Virus record (IMG/VR): IMGVR_UViG_3300009481_005157
Length of the DNA: 64,000 nucleotides
Origin: an uncultured virus (IMG/VR IMGVR_UViG_3300009481_005157)
Lineage: Duplodnaviria; Heunggongvirae; Uroviricota; Caudoviricetes
Strand: one strand, 5' to 3'
Below, piece after piece: positions 30,001 to 39,090 of the stretch (position 1 is its first letter; every line of letters begins with the position of its first letter). Under the pieces are notes generated by a model. The model was not told the DNA's origin. It saw only the letters and a list, made by a program, of their open reading frames with translations, and searched no databases. Both the position numbers and the translations under genes were made by a program.

Positions 30001-31625
30001 TTTGCGGGATCATCATCAGATCCATTATTCAGGGGATCGGTTTCATAATATCTCCTGTGAAATATCTTTTCGGCTTTGGTTGGCGAAATGGTACCAACTA
30101 AATTCCCATACGGCCACTTTGAATGTATAGGGGTCTGTGCAGCTATTAGCTGAGGCCAGTTAAAGAAATTACCAGCATTTGTGAGGAAATTCTGAAAATC
30201 CCATCTCCCTTTGAACACTGGCTCTGGAACGAATTCTGTAGACTCTCCGGAGCCAAACTCTACAGGGAACCATTTACCATCAATTTCGTGCAGCAAGACG
30301 GTTTTACCGACACTAAAGCTTTTTTCAGGATCGGCATTATACACTATTACTTTTTGTTTTGTTTTGTCATCAAATCTACAATCTGCTGGTGTAGCATAAT
30401 TGGGAGTCCACTGAAATGGATTGCCGTTTTGCATACTTATGGGCATGGCCTCACCTGTACCCATTTGTAGATAGTTGTCATCAAGACTGTCTAGCGTCTC
30501 ATTGATATCTGATTCTTCCAGAGATTCAGGAGTAGATTCGTCGTCTGCGGGGCCGACAAGCTTGGTTATTTTTGCTAGTATAGTCCTGCTGCCACTTTGG
30601 TAAGTCCGTGTATATTCATTATAATGTAAGTCAATTTCTGCTGCCACATGCGCTGAGGGGTCAGACTCGTTCGGGGAAGTGAGGTCGCCGTTGGCCTTAT
30701 CCCCGTAGGGGCGACCGGTGGCATCCTTTCTGATACCAACTTTTGTCAGGGCGGGCATTGCTAGAACAGCGCTCTGTTTTGTCGCGTCTTCTATGCTATC
30801 CCTTAAGTGCAACTTTATCGTGAAGTTTTCTCTTATTGGGCACGGCTCGTCGGCTCCGGGCTTAACATCTGCTATTAATGCCACGGGAAAGGAGATGCAA
30901 CCACTCCGTGATGTCTTGACATCATCAACAAATTCTCTGATCGCCAGATCATTATCATCCCACTCGGTTAAATCTGGCTCATGGGCCTCTAAATGCCTGA
31001 CACGGTTATTCCAATAGGGAATCCACATCAACGCATCGAGCGTAATTCCCGGCCCTTCAATAGAATCCGGATCTATGTCGGGATTGAATAATAAATTCTG
31101 CGGTATTGGCTTATCATCACGCCGTGGTACGGACTCTCTAGAATATGACAAAGCATTAAGTCCGAGCAAGTCCAGATTCTCACTGTTAAAGGTACCCCAC
31201 TCGATCTCATCTCTGGGGTCATTCCACTCCCACTCACCTATATTGTCGTATAAAACATACGAGCCTCTGTTGGTACCTTCAAACCTCCACGCTTCCATCG
31301 ACCCGTATTTGTAATAGGAATCATTTTCTGCGTCGACTAGATCTCCATCAGCACCGTCAGCCGGGTTTCTGATATGAAACATGGGAAATGGATCTTCCCT
31401 GTCTTGCCAATCACCACCCCCAAACCAGTTGGAGTTTCGTTCACCCTGTGCATTTAAAAATAATTTTCTAAACGAGTATTTACCCTTCTCGTCATAGGTA
31501 TGCCAAAATTCATAAAGCGTACCTGTAGTGAACGAGCCTAAGCCTAACTGCCTCAGAAACTCACTGTCGTGAGTAAAGACATGATAGTCGTTAGCCAAAT
31601 TTTTGTTTTTTGAAATGTCTGCCAT
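27057..31625 (-). CDS. Large virion protein (tail tip/spike region), function unknown
   Basis: 1522-aa ORF in the tail module, downstream of the hub-like gene. Confidence 0.55.
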   Translation of the reverse strand: MADISKNKNLANDYHVFTHDSEFLRQLGLGSFTTGTLYEFWHTYDEKGKYSFRKLFLNAQGERNSNWFGGGDWQDREDPFPMFHIRNPADGADGDLVDAENDSYYKYGSMEAWRFEGTNRGSYVLYDNIGEWEWNDPRDEIEWGTFNSENLDLLGLNALSYSRESVPRRDDKPIPQNLLFNPDIDPDSIEGPGITLDALMWIPYWNNRVRHLEAHEPDLTEWDDNDLAIREFVDDVKTSRSGCISFPVALIADVKPGADEPCPIRENFTIKLHLRDSIEDATKQSAVLAMPALTKVGIRKDATGRPYGDKANGDLTSPNESDPSAHVAAEIDLHYNEYTRTYQSGSRTILAKITKLVGPADDESTPESLEESDINETLDSLDDNYLQMGTGEAMPISMQNGNPFQWTPNYATPADCRFDDKTKQKVIVYNADPEKSFSVGKTVLLHEIDGKWFPVEFGSGESTEFVPEPVFKGRWDFQNFLTNAGNFFNWPQLIAAQTPIHSKWPYGNLVGTISPTKAEKIFHRRYYETDPLNNGSDDDPAKYAGNSTANKALLADLKSFTRDPSCVRQVTGFDYLEDAIGGTRGAKRSIDKTVYGEFADGTPIFDVASPNNTQYFGVVFPDGYTETNVGLASQQGPDFYSQATRNFNVMPSRQGDPWDIWQKAIIISEGTSAFPLNEVNDANRTAYIDANQWPDDYENVLAQGKKKGLFAEFVSTSQSTFSHLPADYALNASPSGSYGRPIMDMGWLMALDNKFGEVLADEIRQGFGYGKKPLIQKVNTKFAEPEQFKGRFSWAFKKPGAAHGWPLFDPQDDPNSPVNGYRADLTQSAFDFRPIRANHIQFRPACMELFSNHQWEEGKLIPNTPLLSTPLGNIVGDRREIIINYLSGKMDDAITALSFASILREKQYYSDADNNSTHNQVFSDGASSWATAGHPQTSLTYIYRDLLPISQYGQLIHDCDYSPAGKAVYHPSERVAPHNKFNNQTFPWRSPATKGGQLGVGVVGAICTVGAVQQIGFTTQNRIGQISWFHSNTWYPSWGGNSFNRYDRFGTTDLSVRIYQAHERENLIYDSRFFAVYHFNHGTALTPWGPILAPTKYVDTDGDKLPDCNCFVSESPLDIRIPSYVSFKDDCTVAADMAEDPPVGSNRRPNTAEHTTNWGLNDSDIIYKDCVHKKAQAIANDGGAGWHRLIPSDNWNFDRKRRGRVLPFNYYAPVMQVPYFNFGNILGIFLVGGKVWAASEKMDNYDQISGALQKVPALEIKDANDKYVENSQPITNVDLVLTNLGKDYRVGDKFTITGFEGSEVEVRSVGKEGCVTGLWFNVDPSKRVTLEKLGRSVDINRLMTANPKFEDPLGCVDFDIKDRKVDYDQGQPDIAYITKSTSGGAKLKPLNKFSVSGKGFSAYVTKAVLRQRLLTDEKPKIATYDDFYQLSMQADNRPGGKAGKSILDLFGAGDSSNKFIDMTEGQRIIEARINELHASPSGLYDCFFHFHNDISHTTLNNQNLASAHNSYDQYIDLQINPA

Positions 31626-31626
31626 G

Positions 31627-34600
31627 TTATTCTTCCTCCTGTTCTGGCCCTCTTCTTTGTTCCACGTCTTTTTTCTCTTGGGGTATTGCTGGGTCTTGTG
31701 GAAGTCCGTTGCCCCAAGGTATTAACTTAATGAAGTTGCTCATAGGTTGCGACACAAAATTGGCACCCTGCTGCGCAAGCTCTATGCCGTCCTCCATAAG
31801 CGATTGGGCATTTCTGATATCCTCAATGGTTCCTTGTACTGTATTTACTCCGTGTTTTATAAGCTCTCCGGTATCAACTAACGCTTTTCCGAGTTGCGAT
31901 GCGGGGCTTCCGTTACTCCATTCTTTTTTATATGAAATAAGCATATTTGACTTGTCTCTCTTGCCCATCTCGAAGTCTGAGAATGTCTGCTCGGCGTTGG
32001 CTGCCTGATCTAATATTTCCTGCCCGCCACCCCGAAGCACTGTCTCGTAAAGGTTTTTATTAGACAGGGTTTTGCCCATTCCGCGCCTGATAGCGTTGTT
32101 GTTTTGGTCTTTTATTTTTTGTCTCTCTCTGGTAATTTGAGCGATATTTCCTTCCTTCTGCTTTTGCAATTTCCCAAAACTAGAAGTGTATAGATCCATT
32201 TTTATTGTTGTGCTTATCTTGTCTTTTGATATACCGGTACTAATCGATGTAACCAACGGGCCTCCTAGCTTGAGAGTCTTAGCTAATGAAACTCCAGTAG
32301 GTGGTTTTGGGATCACAAAACCTCCTCGTTCAGAAAATAGTAGCAGACTGTTGGAGAACTGTGCTCTTAGGTAGCCAGCCTCGTTCATGAGTTGGTAGCC
32401 TCCAAAATTCCAAGGCGCCAAATTTTCATCTTGTTCAAACTCTATTTTACCACCGATGTTAGAAACTCCCGGAGAAAGCGTTGCTGGGTCTAGTGATGCA
32501 TTTGAAAGCCAAGGCCCATACGATCTTTCCATCGACATAAGGGGAATAGCCACCATGTCTGGGTACACAGGAGAGGGTGAGATGAAGGAGAGCTGGTTTT
32601 CCATAGCCGCCACAGTAGCATGTTTCAGAGCCTCTTTGCGTGCTTTCCTAGCATCATTGATTTCACCTACTGTAAACTGTTGTAAATTTTCACACTTCTC
32701 ATCAACATCACCGTTTGTTATAACTGCTGGCTTGTTAAACTCCTGCAATCCCTTTACAACGTCTCTGGTTTGCAGGCTATACATACTCACCGTTTCGTAG
32801 GAAGATAAAGGGCCGTCGCAGTATCTTAAATCTACAGTTGATGTGACCATGCCCGGCAGCGTTACCAAAGCGTATACATGATTTGCAGATAGCTGACTCT
32901 TGGTGGAGTTTACAAGCTGAACTGTCTGTAGGTCTATGCTTGCGATGTCGCCAGCGAAAGTGCCCCATCCAGCCCACGGCTTTTCAGATGGGGTCGTGTC
33001 TTGAACATAAACAGGCTTGCCGTCTATAGCGCCTCTTCTGTCGAAGTCTATTGTATTTACAGTAGTGTCATCATCCTCTGGGGTGTGGGGTGAAAAAACG
33101 GGTATAACCTTCCTAACCACTCCACTGGGAACTAAACACTTGGACTCGTCTTCGGGGGTATCAGGGTCGTCATCCAGAGGAACTTTTATAATCTCCATTC
33201 GGGGGGTTGGGACAACGAGCTTAAAGCCCCTCGCAAACACCTTTGTTGGAACAATAGTCATAGGGGGAGGCATATAAAGTTCTTCATCTACACTGCATTT
33301 TACAAACGCTAGAGAAGGATTTTGCCTGTCCAGTCTTTTATCGTCTGCGGCCTTAGCCTGAACTTGATCCATTGTCATGGACTTGTCTGGGTTGACGTTA
33401 TCTAACTCCTCCATTATGTCTGGGACTATAAAACCGTGATTGTTTATACTCTGCTGAGACATGCTACCTTTTGCTATCTTTGAGAAATCATAGAAGTGAC
33501 TATTATCAAATCTTACATAGCACGACATTCTGCCGTTTTGACTCACGAAGTTTTGGGCATCTAACGGAGTCAGGGCTTCCCTCAAGTCTTTTGGAAGCGC
33601 CCTTGTTTCGTAAACATTGCCCACTCGCCCATCGCTCATCCCTTGGTTGGGATGGATCTGAAAACCACGTAGCTCGTGATTAACATAGCCACCCTGAGAC
33701 TCCGGCTTGTAGTTGTGTTCCCACCTGTCCGCAAATGGATTATAGTTGGATTTTAAAGCACCGTTATTATAACCACGTAGAAATGCGGCATTTACAGCAT
33801 AAGTTTGTTCAAAATCTAAGTAGTCCTCAAACACGTCCTCAAAACTAAGCTCATCTCTGAGGGATTGGAATGTGGTGATCCAATCTGATCCAGTATAGTA
33901 ATATGCACTTGTCGCCGTAACCGGAATTGGCTTAAATCCAAACGGCCCAGTCTTGATGCTCTGCGCGCTATTGGACTCGTCCCAGTAAGTCACGCGGTCA
34001 GAAAAATTCATATTGGTTTTGTTGGGAATCTTAACCAAGAATTTTTTGCCCAAATTTTCCGAGGCGACCCGTTTCACAAATTCGTAGACCTTCATGGCAT
34101 TTTTCTCGCCCTCTTTTGCGAGATGTGAAACGTTCTTGACAAGCCTATCGTTGTTCTTGATGTGATCCCTCAGTTCGCCCATGAGTATTTCATCTTGTTT
34201 GGCCTGTTGCTTTAAATCTTTTTCCATCTTTACGGCAAAAGCCTTTGCTTCTATTAGCGCAAGCCTCAGTGCGTTCAGCTCCATATCCACGGCAGCGGCA
34301 GCCTTGTATGCTAAGTCGTTTGAATATGCCTTCCTTAGCTGAACGAGTTTTAGGTGTATGTCTCTTTCTATTTCCTTGGCACTTTCTAAAGCATTCTCCG
34401 CTAATAGATTAAAAAACGGAGCATCCTTGTCGGCTTTGTCCTTTAATCTTTCTATATTGCTCCTTATGCTAGACAAACCATTTATAACGCTAATAACGCC
34501 ACCCTCTGGTATACCTATTTTTTCAGCTCTTTTGTAATATAAAGGGTATCCATAGGGTGGAGCGCAAGGGCTAGCTGGAAGATCATCTTCCCCCATGTAG

Positions 34601-36675
34601 TTTTTATCGGATCGCCATACACAGCGAGGTACAGAGACTCCATACTCACCATCAAACGCGACCTTTAGCTGCTCCTGCAACGGTCCCGAGGGAAGGCCTT
34701 CTATATTTTCCATGACATCGGCTGGGACGTGAGCATCAAATAATTTTTGCGGGCCTCGTAATCTCTTCATCCACTGTTCGTCGTACTTCAATAGGAAAGT
34801 TTTCCATTGTTGGTACGAAACGAGTGCCGCTCTAAGCTCAATCTCGGTAGCTATGTAATAATTTCCAACGCCGTATGCATTGAGGGCAGTGGCGTCTAGA
34901 CATATTTGTTGATATGAGCCAAACCCCTTGGGGATAGTAACAGCTTTGTCTTCACCTATAAAACCATAAAATGGAACGACCTGTTGTTTTAGCATTGTGC
35001 GGAGAGACCATTTTTCCCTCTCCATCAGATGAATCTTACTGTTTTTTCCATCCTTATGCTTTCTTAGCTCAACATCATTTCTATCTTTGTTGGTAGTGAA
35101 GTAATGCATGTCCACCTGTTGGGCGCCAGCTATGAACTTGTCCGTGGTAACATTAGACAACTCGTATCCCAAGTCTTGATTTTCTACCTCTACGTCACTA
35201 TCTTTTAAATCATCTAAAAATGACTTGATCGCCCCATAAGAGGGTGGCTTACGCTTATCAATTGCGTCTATCCTTATGATGCCGGTGATTATTTGACTGG
35301 CAAACTGAGGGTAGTCATTGATAATACTCTGATTAAAATCGTACATTATCTTGCAGCTTGGGTGGTCTATTACCGGCAGCAAGGATACAAACAGGTCGTG
35401 GCTTATTACGTCACATAACTCCTGAGCTAGCGACAGCAGGTCGAGCTGATCATATTCAAGAAAGAATGTCGGAGGTATCAGATCTGTCGGTATGCCACCA
35501 AAGTCTACCACAAACTTATAGCCCCTGAAATCTATAGCTCCTCCATATCCAGCATCTTTGTACTCTGTGGGGAGAAATCCTTCGTAGTTCATTAGGGCAG
35601 ATAAGCCGTCCTTAATCCTGTACCAAGGCATACCTCTTTCGCTGCGCCTTGCGAACCCCTGCCCCGTGATGGGGAATCTCCTACCTAGCTCATCGGGAAA
35701 CATTTCGTTTGGTGAGGCATTAAAGAAGGTTCCGTTGTAGCTACCAGCAAATGGGTTCGTTACGTCAAAGAAAGCATAATTGTCATCACCAATAAATATA
35801 AAATTCCCGGTATTTGGGTCTACAAGTTTTCTTACAACATTCTTGCTTAAGGCCTTCGCTTCTAAGGACTTTAGTAAAGGCTCGCTGGGGTCATGCTCAA
35901 GGAATCCAAAAACGTTTAAAAGATTTTTATTATTGTAAGTTGTTCCAGCGTAATTATTCAGGATAACGCTTGCGTTAGAAAGAATTTCTCTGGGATCGGT
36001 AACTTGAAGAGAATAAAGTGGGTCTCCTCCGGGGCTTCTATTTTGCGTATAGCTCTGTAATATACCCCCAAACGCTAAGTGGTCCTTGCCTCTCCACTTG
36101 GTACCAAACTTCCATAAGGCGCTTTTATCAACCCAAGTGTTACGCTGATCAGGCTTACCTTTATTTTCTACGCTTCTGAGGAAGTAGTATTTACCCGGAA
36201 TACTCTCTATTTCTCCATCGGTGATAATTTCCGGAAAGTCTACTGGAGCTTCTAGGGTATCACCATATTCTGGGTACGTGTCATCAAAAGTTTTTCTAAA
36301 AGCCTGCTCTATAGTAGCTGGATTGGTGCCAAACTTGAAATACACGGGAGTGCCCACTATCGGAGGGCTGAACTGATCCGCTTTGCCATCGTGATAAGGG
36401 TCGTCACCTAATCCTAAACCTGTTTGGTCCGAAAGGTTAAACTCATCATTTACCACATCGAGGGATAGGGTAGTTGTTGTGTCCCCGAAACCAGCATTAA
36501 GGTCAAAATTTATTATAGATGCCCCAAGAAAAGTTTGCTGCGGTATGCCCTGAGCGTGCTCTGTCCAGCCAGCGTCTGACAGGGAGCCATTTATACCCTG
36601 AGACAAAACTGACTTGGAAGGCCAGCTTGTTCCATATTCCCCAGTGGGAGGTATAATTCCTAGTTTGTCTGACAT
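31627..36675 (-). CDS. Baseplate hub / Tal-like large tail protein
   Basis: N-terminal hub-like strands (FLGASIINFDLNAGFG; FGGILQSYTQN...YSLQVTDPREIL), C-terminal LVTSISTGISKDKISTTIKM, and a central coiled coil. Located after the Dit-like gene. Confidence 0.55.
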   Translation of the reverse strand: MSDKLGIIPPTGEYGTSWPSKSVLSQGINGSLSDAGWTEHAQGIPQQTFLGASIINFDLNAGFGDTTTTLSLDVVNDEFNLSDQTGLGLGDDPYHDGKADQFSPPIVGTPVYFKFGTNPATIEQAFRKTFDDTYPEYGDTLEAPVDFPEIITDGEIESIPGKYYFLRSVENKGKPDQRNTWVDKSALWKFGTKWRGKDHLAFGGILQSYTQNRSPGGDPLYSLQVTDPREILSNASVILNNYAGTTYNNKNLLNVFGFLEHDPSEPLLKSLEAKALSKNVVRKLVDPNTGNFIFIGDDNYAFFDVTNPFAGSYNGTFFNASPNEMFPDELGRRFPITGQGFARRSERGMPWYRIKDGLSALMNYEGFLPTEYKDAGYGGAIDFRGYKFVVDFGGIPTDLIPPTFFLEYDQLDLLSLAQELCDVISHDLFVSLLPVIDHPSCKIMYDFNQSIINDYPQFASQIITGIIRIDAIDKRKPPSYGAIKSFLDDLKDSDVEVENQDLGYELSNVTTDKFIAGAQQVDMHYFTTNKDRNDVELRKHKDGKNSKIHLMEREKWSLRTMLKQQVVPFYGFIGEDKAVTIPKGFGSYQQICLDATALNAYGVGNYYIATEIELRAALVSYQQWKTFLLKYDEQWMKRLRGPQKLFDAHVPADVMENIEGLPSGPLQEQLKVAFDGEYGVSVPRCVWRSDKNYMGEDDLPASPCAPPYGYPLYYKRAEKIGIPEGGVISVINGLSSIRSNIERLKDKADKDAPFFNLLAENALESAKEIERDIHLKLVQLRKAYSNDLAYKAAAAVDMELNALRLALIEAKAFAVKMEKDLKQQAKQDEILMGELRDHIKNNDRLVKNVSHLAKEGEKNAMKVYEFVKRVASENLGKKFLVKIPNKTNMNFSDRVTYWDESNSAQSIKTGPFGFKPIPVTATSAYYYTGSDWITTFQSLRDELSFEDVFEDYLDFEQTYAVNAAFLRGYNNGALKSNYNPFADRWEHNYKPESQGGYVNHELRGFQIHPNQGMSDGRVGNVYETRALPKDLREALTPLDAQNFVSQNGRMSCYVRFDNSHFYDFSKIAKGSMSQQSINNHGFIVPDIMEELDNVNPDKSMTMDQVQAKAADDKRLDRQNPSLAFVKCSVDEELYMPPPMTIVPTKVFARGFKLVVPTPRMEIIKVPLDDDPDTPEDESKCLVPSGVVRKVIPVFSPHTPEDDDTTVNTIDFDRRGAIDGKPVYVQDTTPSEKPWAGWGTFAGDIASIDLQTVQLVNSTKSQLSANHVYALVTLPGMVTSTVDLRYCDGPLSSYETVSMYSLQTRDVVKGLQEFNKPAVITNGDVDEKCENLQQFTVGEINDARKARKEALKHATVAAMENQLSFISPSPVYPDMVAIPLMSMERSYGPWLSNASLDPATLSPGVSNIGGKIEFEQDENLAPWNFGGYQLMNEAGYLRAQFSNSLLLFSERGGFVIPKPPTGVSLAKTLKLGGPLVTSISTGISKDKISTTIKMDLYTSSFGKLQKQKEGNIAQITRERQKIKDQNNNAIRRGMGKTLSNKNLYETVLRGGGQEILDQAANAEQTFSDFEMGKRDKSNMLISYKKEWSNGSPASQLGKALVDTGELIKHGVNTVQGTIEDIRNAQSLMEDGIELAQQGANFVSQPMSNFIKLIPWGNGLPQDPAIPQEKKDVEQRRGPEQEEE

Positions 36676-36685
36676 ATCAATTCCT

Positions 36686-36898
36686 TTAGTTAATCAGTCC
36701 GCTAACGGAGATAGTGTATGGGTAGGGGTTGAACACTACAGCTATAGTGTAGTCCGAGACGTACGGTATCGCCATATGCCCAGAAGATTCTGTTTGTACT
36801 TCGTAATGAATATATGGTTGAAATAAGTTAAAGTCCGCAGCAACCGGCTTGGTGCCAGTTACGGAAAATTGACTGATAGTGGGTTTTGTTCCTGACAT
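36686..36898 (-). CDS. Small hypothetical virion protein
   Basis: 70-aa ORF filling the gap in the structural operon. Confidence 0.5.
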   Translation of the reverse strand: MSGTKPTISQFSVTGTKPVAADFNLFQPYIHYEVQTESSGHMAIPYVSDYTIAVVFNPYPYTISVSGLIN

Positions 36899-36901
36899 TT
36901 T

Positions 36902-37243
36902 TTATTGTTCCGCTGATTGAAAGTGGAATATACCGCTTTCGTATTCGTTGATTAAATCCAATCTAACATCTGAGCCATACGTTCTGAAGATGCCGGAACT
37001 CATCCACCATTCCCGTGTGTATTTTTCCCCTGATCCTAAAAAGTCTTGACCAGAAGGATCGGGAAAAGGAAAATTTATTCCGCTGCCATTATTAAACTCG
37101 GGGTTTTGTGAGTAGTCGTAAAAATGTGACCAGCTTGTTACATCTCCAACACCACTAATATTCATGTCAACAATCAGCCCTAGATTTCCAGAATCTGGAA
37201 TAGGGAAGACGGCGCCTGAAGGATATACGTAATTGCCTGACAT
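36902..37243 (-). CDS. Small Ser-Gly-rich virion protein
   Basis: 113 aa with 9 SG dipeptides. TAATG coupling to the upstream gene. Confidence 0.6.
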   Translation of the reverse strand: MSGNYVYPSGAVFPIPDSGNLGLIVDMNISGVGDVTSWSHFYDYSQNPEFNNGSGINFPFPDPSGQDFLGSGEKYTREWWMSSGIFRTYGSDVRLDLINEYESGIFHFQSAEQ

Positions 37244-39090
37244 TACTTATCTAACTCGTATGTAAACGAAATATTAAAGCTATATGTGCCAGCATGGGGA
37301 TTCCAGCTTTCAGAAGGCGGCGATATGAAACACTTCCTAACGCCCGGCTCTTTCTGAGGGCTGACTTCCTTTAGTAAATTTGCTATCTGAGTTGCGGTAG
37401 GCTCCAACACACTTGGTTTATGTAGTATTAGATCCTTACGGCCAGAACCATAGGGTACTCTGGTGTAGTCCATTACTAAACTTAACGAAACATCTCTCCT
37501 GTGCTCTGTTCTACCACCTAAATACTGTAATACGGGGCCAGTTGCTCTACCCATAACCGGAATAACTGCAAATGCATCTCCGGGGTATGTATCACTAATT
37601 TCTAAGTTTTCTGATACTGCCCCTGATATTATATTAGTTGGTCTATTATCAAATGACAATTGATAACTTAAACTTCCTTCAAATTTATTGGCTCCAATAT
37701 TTACTGATGTTGGCTGTGAATTTAAAGGAACGGCAACCATATTGTTTGCACGTTTGTAAATCTGGCTACCAACCCCGAAAAAGCCGGAATTTGAGATGTC
37801 ATTGTATTTGCTAAGAGCATTATCGTAAGCACTAACCGCTTTCTCTGTGGAATCCACAATAGACTGCCCGTCACTACCCCCGTTTATAGTCCCGCTAGGG
37901 CTAAACGAAGAAAGACCGGCGACATTCCCGTCAATAGAGACTGTGACGAAGGGGCTGCTTGTGGAAGAACTTATACTGAGATTAAAGCTTTCATAGGCTA
38001 CCCCACTAGCTAGGAACCAGTTCTCGGTAACAGAGTAGGAACCACCAGCCTCATCTACGTCCTCAGTCCTTACTAGATTGTATCCACCATATTTATTAAC
38101 AAGATCAAGGGTTCCACTACCAATTAATTCTACTCCACCCGGAGATGTGCGGAACTTACTGGGGTAAGGGTCTGTGGCGTCCCTGCTTAGTCTGTTGGTA
38201 ACAAACTCTCTGGCAGACTCCCAAGCAGGAATTTTTAACGGGGTTTGTCCTTCCCGGTGCATGAAGTGAGTTTTGCCAGTAGCATTTATCGAGTGCGATA
38301 TTGTATATGACCGAGGAGCAATAATCTCGTTATCTACGTCAACAATCTCGCCCCGAGAGTCGTCTACCTGTATGTTCCAAGTCTCTGCATAGTTTTCTAT
38401 AAATGCTCCGCTTAAGGCGACAACGAGGGTATTCTCCTTCAAAGCCTCCGACCTTCTACCTCCGAGGCCTCCGCTACCAACTGGAAGCAAGGTTCCATCG
38501 AGATCTGGCACTATTCCGTCATCGGTTGGGTGGAGAAGTATGTCGGCCTCTAGCGTTATGCTAAAATCTGACCTCAGAACATATGGACCCTCAGTAAAGC
38601 TTATACTGGTAACTCTGGGGTAACAAACAATAGCTGGTAAGTCTTCCCGAATATCAGTTATTTCTACTCGCTGCCCATCCTCTGCAAACAGAGCTTTTAA
38701 TGCCCTTTGCTTACTAAGTAGGGCCGTTGCTGAGTCCTGCATTGGAACAATCTGCTGAGGAGGTCTGTTGATTCCGGTATGAGACCTATTGCTGTCAAAT
38801 GCTTTGTAGGGGCCGACGTGCGTAGGGGCTGGATTGCTACCGCCAAATGTGGCGGCGTCACGGAAGGGGTATGGGCCATCAAAAGAACCAGCCTGTGTCG
38901 AAGTGCTATCTAGTGCGTAAGGAGAGCCTTCGTCCGGAAGAAGTGTACCAGTTAAGCTAATTGTGTAAGTAACACCAAAGGTTTCCCCAGCACCGTTCTT
39001 TAAAATGTTAGTATTAATACTAATAAGTGGTGTAGGTCGAATCGTACATTCCGCCGCCGGATTGTTCTGGTATCTAACTCTAATTGGCAT
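37243..39090 (-). CDS. Distal tail (Dit)-like protein
   Basis: Repeated tube-like beta modules (YTISLTG, YTISHSINATG, VTVSIDGNVAG, YSFNISFTYE). Lies between the tape-measure region and the hub. Confidence 0.5.
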   Translation of the reverse strand: MPIRVRYQNNPAAECTIRPTPLISINTNILKNGAGETFGVTYTISLTGTLLPDEGSPYALDSTSTQAGSFDGPYPFRDAATFGGSNPAPTHVGPYKAFDSNRSHTGINRPPQQIVPMQDSATALLSKQRALKALFAEDGQRVEITDIREDLPAIVCYPRVTSISFTEGPYVLRSDFSITLEADILLHPTDDGIVPDLDGTLLPVGSGGLGGRRSEALKENTLVVALSGAFIENYAETWNIQVDDSRGEIVDVDNEIIAPRSYTISHSINATGKTHFMHREGQTPLKIPAWESAREFVTNRLSRDATDPYPSKFRTSPGGVELIGSGTLDLVNKYGGYNLVRTEDVDEAGGSYSVTENWFLASGVAYESFNLSISSSTSSPFVTVSIDGNVAGLSSFSPSGTINGGSDGQSIVDSTEKAVSAYDNALSKYNDISNSGFFGVGSQIYKRANNMVAVPLNSQPTSVNIGANKFEGSLSYQLSFDNRPTNIISGAVSENLEISDTYPGDAFAVIPVMGRATGPVLQYLGGRTEHRRDVSLSLVMDYTRVPYGSGRKDLILHKPSVLEPTATQIANLLKEVSPQKEPGVRKCFISPPSESWNPHAGTYSFNISFTYELDK

